From an uncultured Verrucomicrobiota bacterium (GTDB lineage: Bacteria; Verrucomicrobiota; Verrucomicrobiia; Opitutales; UBA9783): 64,000 bases of DNA. Each line of letters starts with the position of its first letter. The stretch's first letter is position 1. This document shows positions 9,801 through 17,148 of the stretch, one piece after another. Under the pieces are notes generated by a model. The model did no database searches and was not told where the DNA came from. It saw only the letters and a list, made by a program, of their open reading frames with translations. The DNA lies in assembly GCA_946646575.1 (NCBI GenBank), contig CAMPCR010000002.1, forward strand, positions 1,408 through 65,407, given 5' to 3'. The position numbers were made by a program, and so were the translations under genes.

Positions 9801-10269
9801 TGAAAAAATACAGGTAAAATGTCCGTGCGACAAGTGGTGTGGCGTTAGGGGTACGAAAGGAAGCATTCTTGAGCACGTATGGTTGGAACACGGTTGTACC
9901 TGGGGTAAGTGTGGCTATGGAAAGGATGGGTTTAGACATGATGCGAATTGTCAATACATAGCTTCCATAACATTTTACCCATGTCCGTTTGGCGGATGTC
10001 GCTTCCAGGGTGTAGAGAAGGATATGGAGGAGCATATGTCTGATAAGCACAACTGCCTCGATTATTATTGCACTTTTAAAAAAGGTGTCCCGTCTCACGC
10101 CGTGACTTGCCCCAACAGAGTTTTCAAATGCCCCGTGTGTTCTAATAAGCCCTCCGTAACAAAGAAACATTTGAGGGATTTTCACGGGTGCCATGACTTT
10201 TGTCATATTAACGAGGAAGGTAACGGCATAGAGCATCATTATGAGTGTATAAACAAAGATCAATTTTAA
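6838..10269 (+). CDS. Giant exported (possibly lipidated) Cys/His-rich protein with multiple C2H2-like finger motifs
   Basis: One uninterrupted 3432-nt ORF. The N-terminus is hydrophobic, with a lipobox-like LLAALGC. The body is made of C-x2/4-C...H-x3-5-H units, a 7-aa tandem repeat and CxxC beads (see findings). Confidence 0.8.
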   Translation: MCKYFKIYAVLLAALGCGRAWCDVHFFCTQCNCGVNWKEWGSHAAKNHAGKYKKPFFLWCPSSNCKCPLAPVSPLKIGGQTVECADRHVRKHGDKYITYDLWCTKCNMVVPRHLWEMHLIRVHPDVGGLYQVFCPCGKEKSSQKKEDQFFDKSEPSESSGCLQGSIEFYTVSSGTQSGNFDAFEGEGDNSGWVCSCSSTYTQEDQLICKECKKDCKECKKDCKECGKDCKECKKDGKECEKDCKECGKDGKECKKDGKECKKDGKECKKDGKECEKDGKECGKDGKECEKDGKECEKDCKECGKDRIPSYLGLEHLFAKHKDKVKDYLPQYEFYCKECKKTFKTAQKWGSHVFKCSGRLEKEGEWKVFYCPLCGENPKTFYEKHAAESHPEQCIYCFEKIQSEKLREEHMKEAHRIFCPFCNQDQFEVPLAVHIVRAHEIWEGPCPWDRRREVRCKWCPPGLGGFRSFYADEAIQGRKMILYHFMQKHTSQIKELYWNPNGLYRFIVQQKLYNTQSVEPCKSLYFRYSGLCVLNGHSSHPSLDCGGCPYCKSLVIPKNNDQKWYTKIEAAKEHWKLFHAGMKYCRSCNSIHQEKDYDNHLLSSEHSDKCEPQAAYVKCPDCPKAVLMEDLYHGEKKHGKGFVFCTECKRWGTGSCPGCGKWVLDECEECQQRICGTCPQCEKKAFGSCSECQQYVTGECSECKKEVNGKCPTCVTKVLGKCPVCGNEVTGYCSRCKQRVVGKCSVCGSNCASGVCSNCKQKVGSIPRGYIAFESHMREKHNKKLQDKQPAKQAAEKLREQAETFKDDKDFRWCEECGVHVCNEDKDRIAHCRDRHKGSRNGWCELCRWDFDGTLSDHLVRKHSKEVQRCKCGLYVFKDLDKRHLARHTCYCIQCRKDVPFEHMNKAHNCTPKCKPIANYGELVWDIQHDEQCQDRHWFMCNFLVCDFRGSSDDAFRQHIMEAHGCTEDCKYERNGYQFKITHCGCMYDEKIQVKCPCDKWCGVRGTKGSILEHVWLEHGCTWGKCGYGKDGFRHDANCQYIASITFYPCPFGGCRFQGVEKDMEEHMSDKHNCLDYYCTFKKGVPSHAVTCPNRVFKCPVCSNKPSVTKKHLRDFHGCHDFCHINEEGNGIEHHYECINKDQF
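7462..7755 (+). repeat. In-frame tandem repeat of 14 x 21 bp, encoding K-E-C-(K/G/E)-K-D-(C/G)
   Basis: Read directly: aaggagtgc(aag/ggg/gag)aaggat(tgt/ggt) iterated 14 times from 7462. Variation is confined to codons 4 and 7 of the unit. Confidence 0.95.
8767..9126 (+). repeat. Protein-level repeat: eleven consecutive ~11-residue C-x2-C-x4-hydrophobic-x-G-x beads
   Basis: The beads are CTECKRWGTGS, CPGCGKWVLDE, CEECQQRICGT, CPQCEKKAFGS, CSECQQYVTGE, CSECKKEVNGK, CPTCVTKVLGK, CPVCGNEVTGY, CSRCKQRVVGK, CSVCGSNCASGV and CSNCKQKVGS. Confidence 0.9.
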
Positions 10270-10645
10270 CGGCGGAATACGTTTATTTCGAAAACATGAA
10301 AAAATAAGCGGAGAGTTGTAACGGTTCGCAAAGGGGGGGGGCGGCAAGTCGAAGGACGCGTATTCCTCGTAAAAAGCAAAAAACAAACGGGCAATCGGTT
10401 TTGTTCTTGTAAAAGCAATGATGAGGGTGCACGTGTTTCGGACGATAGAGAAAATGGTCATCGGTATATTGTGCACCGGCATACGGTGAGTGACGATATA
10501 TGGGATCGTTCGCTCGAATGTGCCCGCATGGGCTTGGTGTTTGGGTATTTTCTTTTGTAAATTCGTCGTTTTTTACATTTCCGATGCGAGTACGTCGTAA
10601 TTTTTTGGGATTGCAACGGGATAGCGTGGTCTTACCCTGAAAGCT

Positions 10646-12505
10646 GTGTGCGGCATCATCGGCTACATCGGTAAGGAAGAGGCATTGCCGGTTCTCTTGA
10701 AAGGTTTAACCTGCATGGAGTACCGCGGCTACGATTCGGCGGGATTGTCGGTCGGGGACGAGCAACATGCGTTTCGGACGGTGCGTGCCGTCGGGCGGGT
10801 TGCGCAACTGACGAAGCGCGCGGCGGAAGTTTCGTTGCGCGGGCATGTCGGCATCGGGCACACCCGTTGGGCAACGCACGGCGGCATTACCGAAAACAAC
10901 ACCCATCCGCATACCAGTTGCGACGGGAAATTTATTCTCGTTCACAACGGCGTGATCGAGAATTATGCCGCGCTGAAGGAGCATTTAAAGAAAAACGGGT
11001 GTACGTTTTACGGCGATACCGATACGGAGGTATTGGTCAATTTAATCGCTTGGCATTATCGGCAGTTTTCGGACATTTCAACTCTTTCCAAGCGTTTTAA
11101 GACGAGTGTCCGCAAAGCGTTGTCGGAACTGCAGGGAACCTACGGGATTGCGGTACTTTGCACCGATTGCCCGAACGAACTGATCGGCGCGCGCAAAAGT
11201 TCGCCGCTGGTACTGGGTGTCGGGAAAGACGAATTGTTTTTGGCAAGCGACATCGGTGCGTTCGGCGGTCGAACCAAGGATGTGGTGTTTTTGTCCGACG
11301 GCGAAATTGTCCATTTAAAAGGGAATGAATTCCATATTACGGGTGCGGACGAACGGGCGTTGTCGCCGACCGTTGAAACCGTCGATTGGGAGGGCGATGT
11401 TTCCGATTTGGGTTCTTATACGTCCTACATGCAAAAGGAGATTTTCGAACAGCCGAAATCGCTGGAAAATACAATGCTCGGGCGATTTTCAGCGGACGGA
11501 AGTTCGGCGCATTTGGGCGGTCTGCAACTATCCGCGGACGAATTGCGGCGCGCGGAACGCCTCTTGTTGATCGGTTGCGGAAGCGCGTATCATGCGTGCA
11601 AAGTCGGTGCGTATCTGCTCGAACGCTACGCGCGCATTCCGACGGAAGTCGAGTATGCATCGGAATTTCGCTATCGCAACGCGCCGTTGGGCAAAAATAC
11701 TTTGATATTCGTTGTGAGCCAATCGGGCGAAACGCGGGATACGCTGGATGCGTTGCACGAAGCGCGGCGAAAGGGACTTCGCGTGTTGGCGATTACCAAC
11801 GCCGTCGGATCAACGGTTGCGCGCGAATCGGACGGCGGCGTTTATCAGCGTTCGGAACCGGAAATCGGGGTTGCAAGCACCAAAGCGTTCACGGGGCAGA
11901 TTGCGACGTTCCTGCTGCTTTCGCTGTATCTGGGGCGCATGCGCGAAATGAGTTTTTCGGAGGGATGTCGGCTGGTGCAGGCACTGAAAGACCTGCCGAC
12001 GTGCGCGAAGGAGGTTTTGACGTCTTGCGACGATTGGGCGCGTGCGACGGCAAAAAAGTACGCAAAGTGTCCGAGTTTTTACTTTATCGGTCGGCAGATG
12101 CTGTTCCCGATTGCGCTGGAAGGTGCTTTGAAGTTGAAGGAAGTTTCTTATATTCACGCCGAAGCATATCCCGGGGGCGAACTGAAACACGGACCGATCG
12201 CGCTGATTGAACCGTCGTTCCCGACGTTCGTTTTGGCGTCCGACCCCGAAATGCTTTCGAAAAACATCAACAACATGACGGAAATCAAAGCGCGAAAAGG
12301 ACAGGTGATTGCGTTGGGCGTCGAAGGTCATCCGTTCCCGAACGATGTTTGCGACGATGCTTTTTATCTGCCGAAGGTACACGAAGCACTTTTGCCGATT
12401 ATCACGGTGCTTCCGTTGCAGTTGTTTGCCTATTATGCAGCTTTGGAACGCGGTTGCGACGTCGATAAACCGCGGAATTTGGCAAAAGCGGTTACGGTGG
12501 AGTAG
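10646..12505 (+). CDS. glmS: Glutamine--fructose-6-phosphate aminotransferase
   Basis: GTG start followed by CGIIGYIG (the N-terminal nucleophile Cys). SIS-domain blocks are present and the C-terminus is LAKAVTVE. Confidence 0.95.
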   Translation: MCGIIGYIGKEEALPVLLKGLTCMEYRGYDSAGLSVGDEQHAFRTVRAVGRVAQLTKRAAEVSLRGHVGIGHTRWATHGGITENNTHPHTSCDGKFILVHNGVIENYAALKEHLKKNGCTFYGDTDTEVLVNLIAWHYRQFSDISTLSKRFKTSVRKALSELQGTYGIAVLCTDCPNELIGARKSSPLVLGVGKDELFLASDIGAFGGRTKDVVFLSDGEIVHLKGNEFHITGADERALSPTVETVDWEGDVSDLGSYTSYMQKEIFEQPKSLENTMLGRFSADGSSAHLGGLQLSADELRRAERLLLIGCGSAYHACKVGAYLLERYARIPTEVEYASEFRYRNAPLGKNTLIFVVSQSGETRDTLDALHEARRKGLRVLAITNAVGSTVARESDGGVYQRSEPEIGVASTKAFTGQIATFLLLSLYLGRMREMSFSEGCRLVQALKDLPTCAKEVLTSCDDWARATAKKYAKCPSFYFIGRQMLFPIALEGALKLKEVSYIHAEAYPGGELKHGPIALIEPSFPTFVLASDPEMLSKNINNMTEIKARKGQVIALGVEGHPFPNDVCDDAFYLPKVHEALLPIITVLPLQLFAYYAALERGCDVDKPRNLAKAVTVE

Positions 12506-12621
12506 GGGCAGTTGATTTCGAAGTTCCAATAATGAGTATTTTTGCCGATTGTTCTCGAAGGTGTATTTTTAAGTCGTCTGCCGCAGGCTGTTGAGTGTAT
12601 AATCTTCGCAAGTAATTCGTG

Positions 12622-13386
12622 ATGAACTCCTCCGTCTCACTCGAAACGATTGTTTCTTTTTTGGATGAAACCTTCCAAACGCACCAAATCGAGGATTTCA
12701 CCAATGCCTGCAACGGATTGCAGTTAGCGAATGACGGCTCCGTAACATGCATTGTCGGTGCCGTGGACGCGAATGTGAACGTTATTAATGCGGCGATTGG
12801 GCAAAAAGCGGATTTGCTTTGCGTTCATCACGGTTTAACTTGGCGCGGGTTGCAACCGCTGACGGGGGCGTTGTATGACTTGTATAAACGTGCGATGGAG
12901 GCGAACCTGGCAATTTACAGCCTGCATCTGCCGCTCGACGAGCACCCGATGTACGGACATAACGTGTTGATTGCCAAAGCGCTCGGTGTATCGACGGAAA
13001 AACCTTTCATATCTTACAAAGATCGACTTTACGGTTGTGTTTGCAAAGGCATGCCGCTTGATGAACTTAGCCGACGATTGAAAGCCTCGTTCCCGCGTTC
13101 GTATCGTGCGTTTTGTTACGGCTCCGAACAACCCAAATGCATCGCGATTATGAGCGGCAGCGGCGGTCAGGAGTGTCTGAACGAAATGGTCGCATCCGAC
13201 ATCGATACGCTCGTTACGGGCGAAATCCATTATTCGGCAATTTCCTTCGCACAACTGTATCAGTTAAATTTGTTCGCCTGCGGACATTACGCCACCGAGT
13301 GCTTCGGCATCAAGGCATTGTTGCGGTTATTACACGAAAAAACACAACTGCCGTGCGAATTTATTGAGGATTTTTGCGAATTATAA
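12622..13386 (+). CDS. NIF3-family dinuclear metal-centre protein (YbgI/GTP cyclohydrolase 1 type 2 homolog)
   Basis: NIF3-like layout: DANVNVINAAIGQKADLLCVHHGL..W, a YSLHLPLDEH block, and C-terminal GHYATE. An ATG at 12622 lies directly after a GTG at 12619. Confidence 0.8.
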   Translation: MNSSVSLETIVSFLDETFQTHQIEDFTNACNGLQLANDGSVTCIVGAVDANVNVINAAIGQKADLLCVHHGLTWRGLQPLTGALYDLYKRAMEANLAIYSLHLPLDEHPMYGHNVLIAKALGVSTEKPFISYKDRLYGCVCKGMPLDELSRRLKASFPRSYRAFCYGSEQPKCIAIMSGSGGQECLNEMVASDIDTLVTGEIHYSAISFAQLYQLNLFACGHYATECFGIKALLRLLHEKTQLPCEFIEDFCEL

Positions 13387-13669
13387 GCGTCAAAGTGCTC
13401 CGATTTTTGAGAAAGGACATTTTATTTTTCTTGATAGCAACCTGTCAAGGACTTTGTTGGTCATAAGCGCAGAAACGGTTTATTTAGTTGTTTTAATATA
13501 AGCACGCGGTTACATGGGTACGCGGTTTTGTTTATTCGTTGCGTTTCCGCCTTGTTTCAAGGATGTAAATTTACATATTTCTAACCATTGCAAACCGTAC
13601 GCACGCGGTGTTGAACGAGAAAAGCGGTTTTACGTTGCGTTCGGTCTGTTTTCGGAGAGAAAATAAGAC

Positions 13670-14425
13670 GTGAGCGAAAGTGTGAGTATTGCCATTCCGG
13701 CGCGCATGGCATCGTCGCGTTTGCCGGGGAAAATGCTCGCCCTATTGGGCGGGAAGCCGGTACTTCAGCATGTCATCGAGCGTGTCAAGCAGGTGCGCTG
13801 TTGCAAAGAGGTCTATGTGGTCACGGACAGCGAAGAAATTGTTCGTTTGGCGCAAACGCTCGATGTGCACGGATTGATGACGTCGCCGAATTGTATTTGC
13901 GGAACGGAACGCATTGCATCGGTTTTGGAACACATCAACGGCGATATTATTTTTAACGTCCAGGGCGATGAGCCGTTCATCGAACCAAAACTTTTGGAGG
14001 ATATGGCGGAGGCAATGCATTTGTCAAACGGAGATGTTTTGATGCCGTCGTATCGATTAAAGACAACGGCGGAACTGTTCAATCCGTCCGTTACGAAGGT
14101 TGTTTGCGACAAAGACGGATGCGGTTTGTATTTTTCCAGAAGTCCCATTCCCTATGTGAGAGATTGCGAACAAGCTCAATGGACGGAGAAGTATGCATTT
14201 TGGGGCGTTTTTGGCGTTTATGTTTTCCGACGGGAAGCCCTGAAAGCGTATCGAAACTTTCCCGTAAGTCCCTTGGAAAAAGCGGAATCCCTGGAACAAC
14301 TGCGCTGGCTCTCCAACGGCTACCGCATTGCAACGTTCCCCGTCGATACGCACCCGCTGTGCTCCATCGATACGGCGGAAGATTTAAAGCGTGCGGAAGA
14401 ATTTATAAGGCACCAAGTCCGTTAA
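13670..14425 (+). CDS. kdsB: 3-deoxy-manno-octulosonate cytidylyltransferase (CMP-KDO synthetase)
   Basis: Contains IAIPARMASSRLPGKMLALLGGKP and NVQGDEPF, and is collinear with KdsB overall. GTG start. Confidence 0.9.
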   Translation: MSESVSIAIPARMASSRLPGKMLALLGGKPVLQHVIERVKQVRCCKEVYVVTDSEEIVRLAQTLDVHGLMTSPNCICGTERIASVLEHINGDIIFNVQGDEPFIEPKLLEDMAEAMHLSNGDVLMPSYRLKTTAELFNPSVTKVVCDKDGCGLYFSRSPIPYVRDCEQAQWTEKYAFWGVFGVYVFRREALKAYRNFPVSPLEKAESLEQLRWLSNGYRIATFPVDTHPLCSIDTAEDLKRAEEFIRHQVR

Positions 14426-14436
14426 GGTTCGGAAAC

Positions 14437-15564
14437 CTACTCTGTTTCGGATTTTGCTTCGACAGCGTTGTTTGCTGTTTCCGATTGGGGTAACAGTGTA
14501 TCGTAATCGAGGATATGGTCTTTGCCACCGATTTCTTTAATGATCGCTAGCGCCTTGCCCTTATTATCCTCCCCTGATATCCAAAACGTATTCTCCAGCA
14601 TATGCTTTATTTTTTTCTTACGTTCCTCATCTTCTTTCGACGGCTCCGGCGTTGTCCCCTCTTTACCTCCTTTAAGACCAAAGCGTTCTTTCAACATTTC
14701 TTCGAATTGCGGTATGTTATCTTTAGTCAATTTTTCATCTTTAAGTTCCTGCATCCTTTTATATAGTTCCGATTTGTTTTTCCAAATCGGATCTGAACCT
14801 CGTACCAACAACGGCTGTTCGTCAAGTCTATCGACGTACAGAATGCCGTTCAAGTGATCAACTTCGTGTTGTACAACTTTTGCCAAAAAACCGTTACACT
14901 TTAATGTGTGCTTTTTCTCGTCTACGTCTTGATAGGCTACCGAAATTTCGAGGTTTCGCAATACATTTGCCATGATCCCCGGCAATGATAAACAGCCTTC
15001 TTCGCTGACATCTTTCCCGTCTGAAGGGAATGAAACCGTCGGATTGACGAGAACCAACGGAAAGATATCAAAAACATTCTTCAAAACGACCTCGGAGCTA
15101 TTAAACTTCCCTTCCCTATCCTTAACGTTGTCCTCAATTTTCTCATTGTACAGAACCGTCTCGGTTGCATAGAACGGAGCTGTCTTTTTTTCAAACTCAA
15201 TTCGTTTCTGTTCCATCCCGGGCTTTCTGAGAGCAGCCAAACGCGGGTCATCGATGACAACAATCCGACAAGGCAAGCCGACTTGAGGCGCCGCAAGACC
15301 AACACCGTTACCCGTAACGTTTAAGATTTCAAACAGACCATTGACGACCCTTTTTAATCCATCGCCAAACTCCGTAATCAGCTTTGCTTCTTCCTTAAGT
15401 ACTTTATGCCCAAGAATGCAAATCTCATGTTTTGCGAACAATGCCGTTGAACTATTTAAAACCGCCATACCCGCCATTGCTAAGGTTGAAAAAACACATG
15501 AACTGCGAATGTGCATATCATATGCGAACAGATCGTAAAGACAAACGTCAAGAAGTAAATTCAC
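14437..15564 (-). CDS. def: Peptide deformylase paralog with a hydrophobic N-terminal segment, an internal insertion and a long charged C-terminal extension
   Basis: All three PDF motifs are present: GVGLAAPQVG, EGCLSLPG and QHEVDHLNG. The ORF is 375 aa, against roughly 170-190 aa for standard bacterial enzymes. The true start is uncertain (M1, M17, M30 or M33). Confidence 0.8.
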   Translation of the reverse strand: MNLLLDVCLYDLFAYDMHIRSSCVFSTLAMAGMAVLNSSTALFAKHEICILGHKVLKEEAKLITEFGDGLKRVVNGLFEILNVTGNGVGLAAPQVGLPCRIVVIDDPRLAALRKPGMEQKRIEFEKKTAPFYATETVLYNEKIEDNVKDREGKFNSSEVVLKNVFDIFPLVLVNPTVSFPSDGKDVSEEGCLSLPGIMANVLRNLEISVAYQDVDEKKHTLKCNGFLAKVVQHEVDHLNGILYVDRLDEQPLLVRGSDPIWKNKSELYKRMQELKDEKLTKDNIPQFEEMLKERFGLKGGKEGTTPEPSKEDEERKKKIKHMLENTFWISGEDNKGKALAIIKEIGGKDHILDYDTLLPQSETANNAVEAKSETE

Positions 15565-16020
15565 ATGCGGATAAAATTTTCACTTTGACGGAAAATTTTT
15601 ATATATGCGCGGAAGACGATGTCAACCGCCAACCGACAAACCAAACCGAAAAAAACTTCAGGAAAAAACACCACACGCATCTGTCGAATACGCAACAGAA
15701 TACCCCTTATAAACAACAACGCAGCCAGGCACTCCGCGGCACCGACGCACAAGAGTACCGTTGCTGTCTTCCGACCCTGGCGGGGTTCATCCGTTCGCCC
15801 TGCACGGAACCCGACTGCAAGCTCATGCTGTGTTTAAGAACGCAGGCTGTCAAACGGAAACGCCCGTCGGAAGTCGCGGAATTGTCCCGGAAACCGTACT
15901 TTCTCTCGGATTCGGTGCGGAAAAACAAACCCGACGATTTGCCGTTTATGTCGACGTATTTCGCGTGTCTCGATAAAAAAGTCTTGCCTTCTGGCAAAAA
16001 AATTCCATGGGAGAATTATT

Positions 16021-17103
16021 ATGAATATGAAAAAATCACTGAAATATCTCGTTGCGGCTGCCGTTGCGGGCAGCGCCTGTACGGCTGACGTTTTCGGAGG
16101 GAAGATTAGCGTCAATCTGTTTTCCTTTTGCCATGGAGATAATTGGCGGAAGCTCGCGAACTTATGGGGTCAATCTCCGAAGGAAGTCTACGAACAGTGT
16201 CTGAGAGAGGGATTAAGAGAGAAATTGAATAATACGCATTTGTATATTCTGATTTCTTCTTACAAACAGGCGGAAATATACGGCAAAGAGATTGTTAACA
16301 GCATGGAAGCCAACGCGAAAAACCTGGCGGATCTCGGTGTTACTTCTCACATTATCGTTCGTTGCGACGGAGAAAAAACGGAGAACGGGGAAGATGTTAT
16401 TTCGGGCGATCTTCGGACGTATGCCAAACTTTTGAACGCAAAGGAGATTGCCTTTAATGTGCACGAATCCAAAAGTGTCAAACCGTCGGATTTTACCTAC
16501 GAACATCACAAGCCCAATGAAGCGCATTGGGAGTTGGTTGCCAACGAGCAAAATCTCGGTTGCAGCGGAACGCGTCACGAGAGTATCGATGCGATTGAGA
16601 AGGAAGTTAATCAACTGAGCGAACAGGGAAAGCATGTGTACATCGGAATTTTTGACGGCGACGATTGGGTGCATGAAGACTTTTACCCGGTGTTGTTGCT
16701 CAATGCGCTTTATACAAATGCGCCCGTTTCCAACTATAACGGGCGAATGGGTGCTCACGGACTCGAATACGAAAACTTGCGGGAGGGTCGTCTGTTGGGT
16801 ACCGATGAGCAGTGCACTTGGACGTTATACACGGATATGAAGAGCGATGACGTTGAAGAAACCCTGAGTAAGCAATACGCGAATTCGGGTTACGGTGGCG
16901 AGTGTTGTACGACAAAGATTTTCAGAGCGGATTATTTCTACAAAAGATTGAATTCGTTATTGGAGAAAGAGCTGAAGAGGAAGTCGGATGCACAACGAAA
17001 TTGGATCGACTTAAGGGATCTGACATTGCTGGACGGATTTTGCGACGGTGCCTGTACATGTACAACAGAGAAGAACTTGTTCCATTATACGCAACATAAA
17101 TAA
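16021..17103 (+). CDS. Exported/anchored GT-A (GT2-like) glycosyltransferase-like protein, paralog 1
   Basis: Signal/lipobox-like LKYLVAAAVAGSAC. Shared family blocks: THLYILISSYKQ, MEANA, VRCDGE, AHWELVANEQNLGCSGTRHESIDAIEKEV, HVYIGIFDGDDWVHEDFY, VSNYNGRMGAHGLE, CCTTKIF and CTCTTEKNLFHYT. Confidence 0.8.
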   Translation: MNMKKSLKYLVAAAVAGSACTADVFGGKISVNLFSFCHGDNWRKLANLWGQSPKEVYEQCLREGLREKLNNTHLYILISSYKQAEIYGKEIVNSMEANAKNLADLGVTSHIIVRCDGEKTENGEDVISGDLRTYAKLLNAKEIAFNVHESKSVKPSDFTYEHHKPNEAHWELVANEQNLGCSGTRHESIDAIEKEVNQLSEQGKHVYIGIFDGDDWVHEDFYPVLLLNALYTNAPVSNYNGRMGAHGLEYENLREGRLLGTDEQCTWTLYTDMKSDDVEETLSKQYANSGYGGECCTTKIFRADYFYKRLNSLLEKELKRKSDAQRNWIDLRDLTLLDGFCDGACTCTTEKNLFHYTQHK

Positions 17104-17148
17104 AAATCGTGTAGACTTTTGCAAACAAATTTCCTTATATACAGAATT

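Noticed and set aside
10270-10645. A possible glmS ribozyme or other riboswitch in the 376-bp leader of glmS.
   Set aside because: I could not recognise the conserved glmS ribozyme core by eye, and that ribozyme is characteristic of Gram-positive lineages. A covariance-model scan (Rfam/Infernal) would be needed to settle this.
11386-12529. ORFs 11386..12210 (plus strand, 274 aa) and 11810..12529 (minus strand, 239 aa).
   Set aside because: They lie in alternative frames entirely inside glmS, whose identity is unambiguous.
15432-16088. A 218-aa plus-strand ORF bridging the def paralog and the first GT-like gene.
   Set aside because: It overlaps the 5' end of def on the opposite strand and the start of paralog 1. 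The composition is R/K/T/C-rich with no recognisable features. I treat the region 15565-16020 as a divergent control region.
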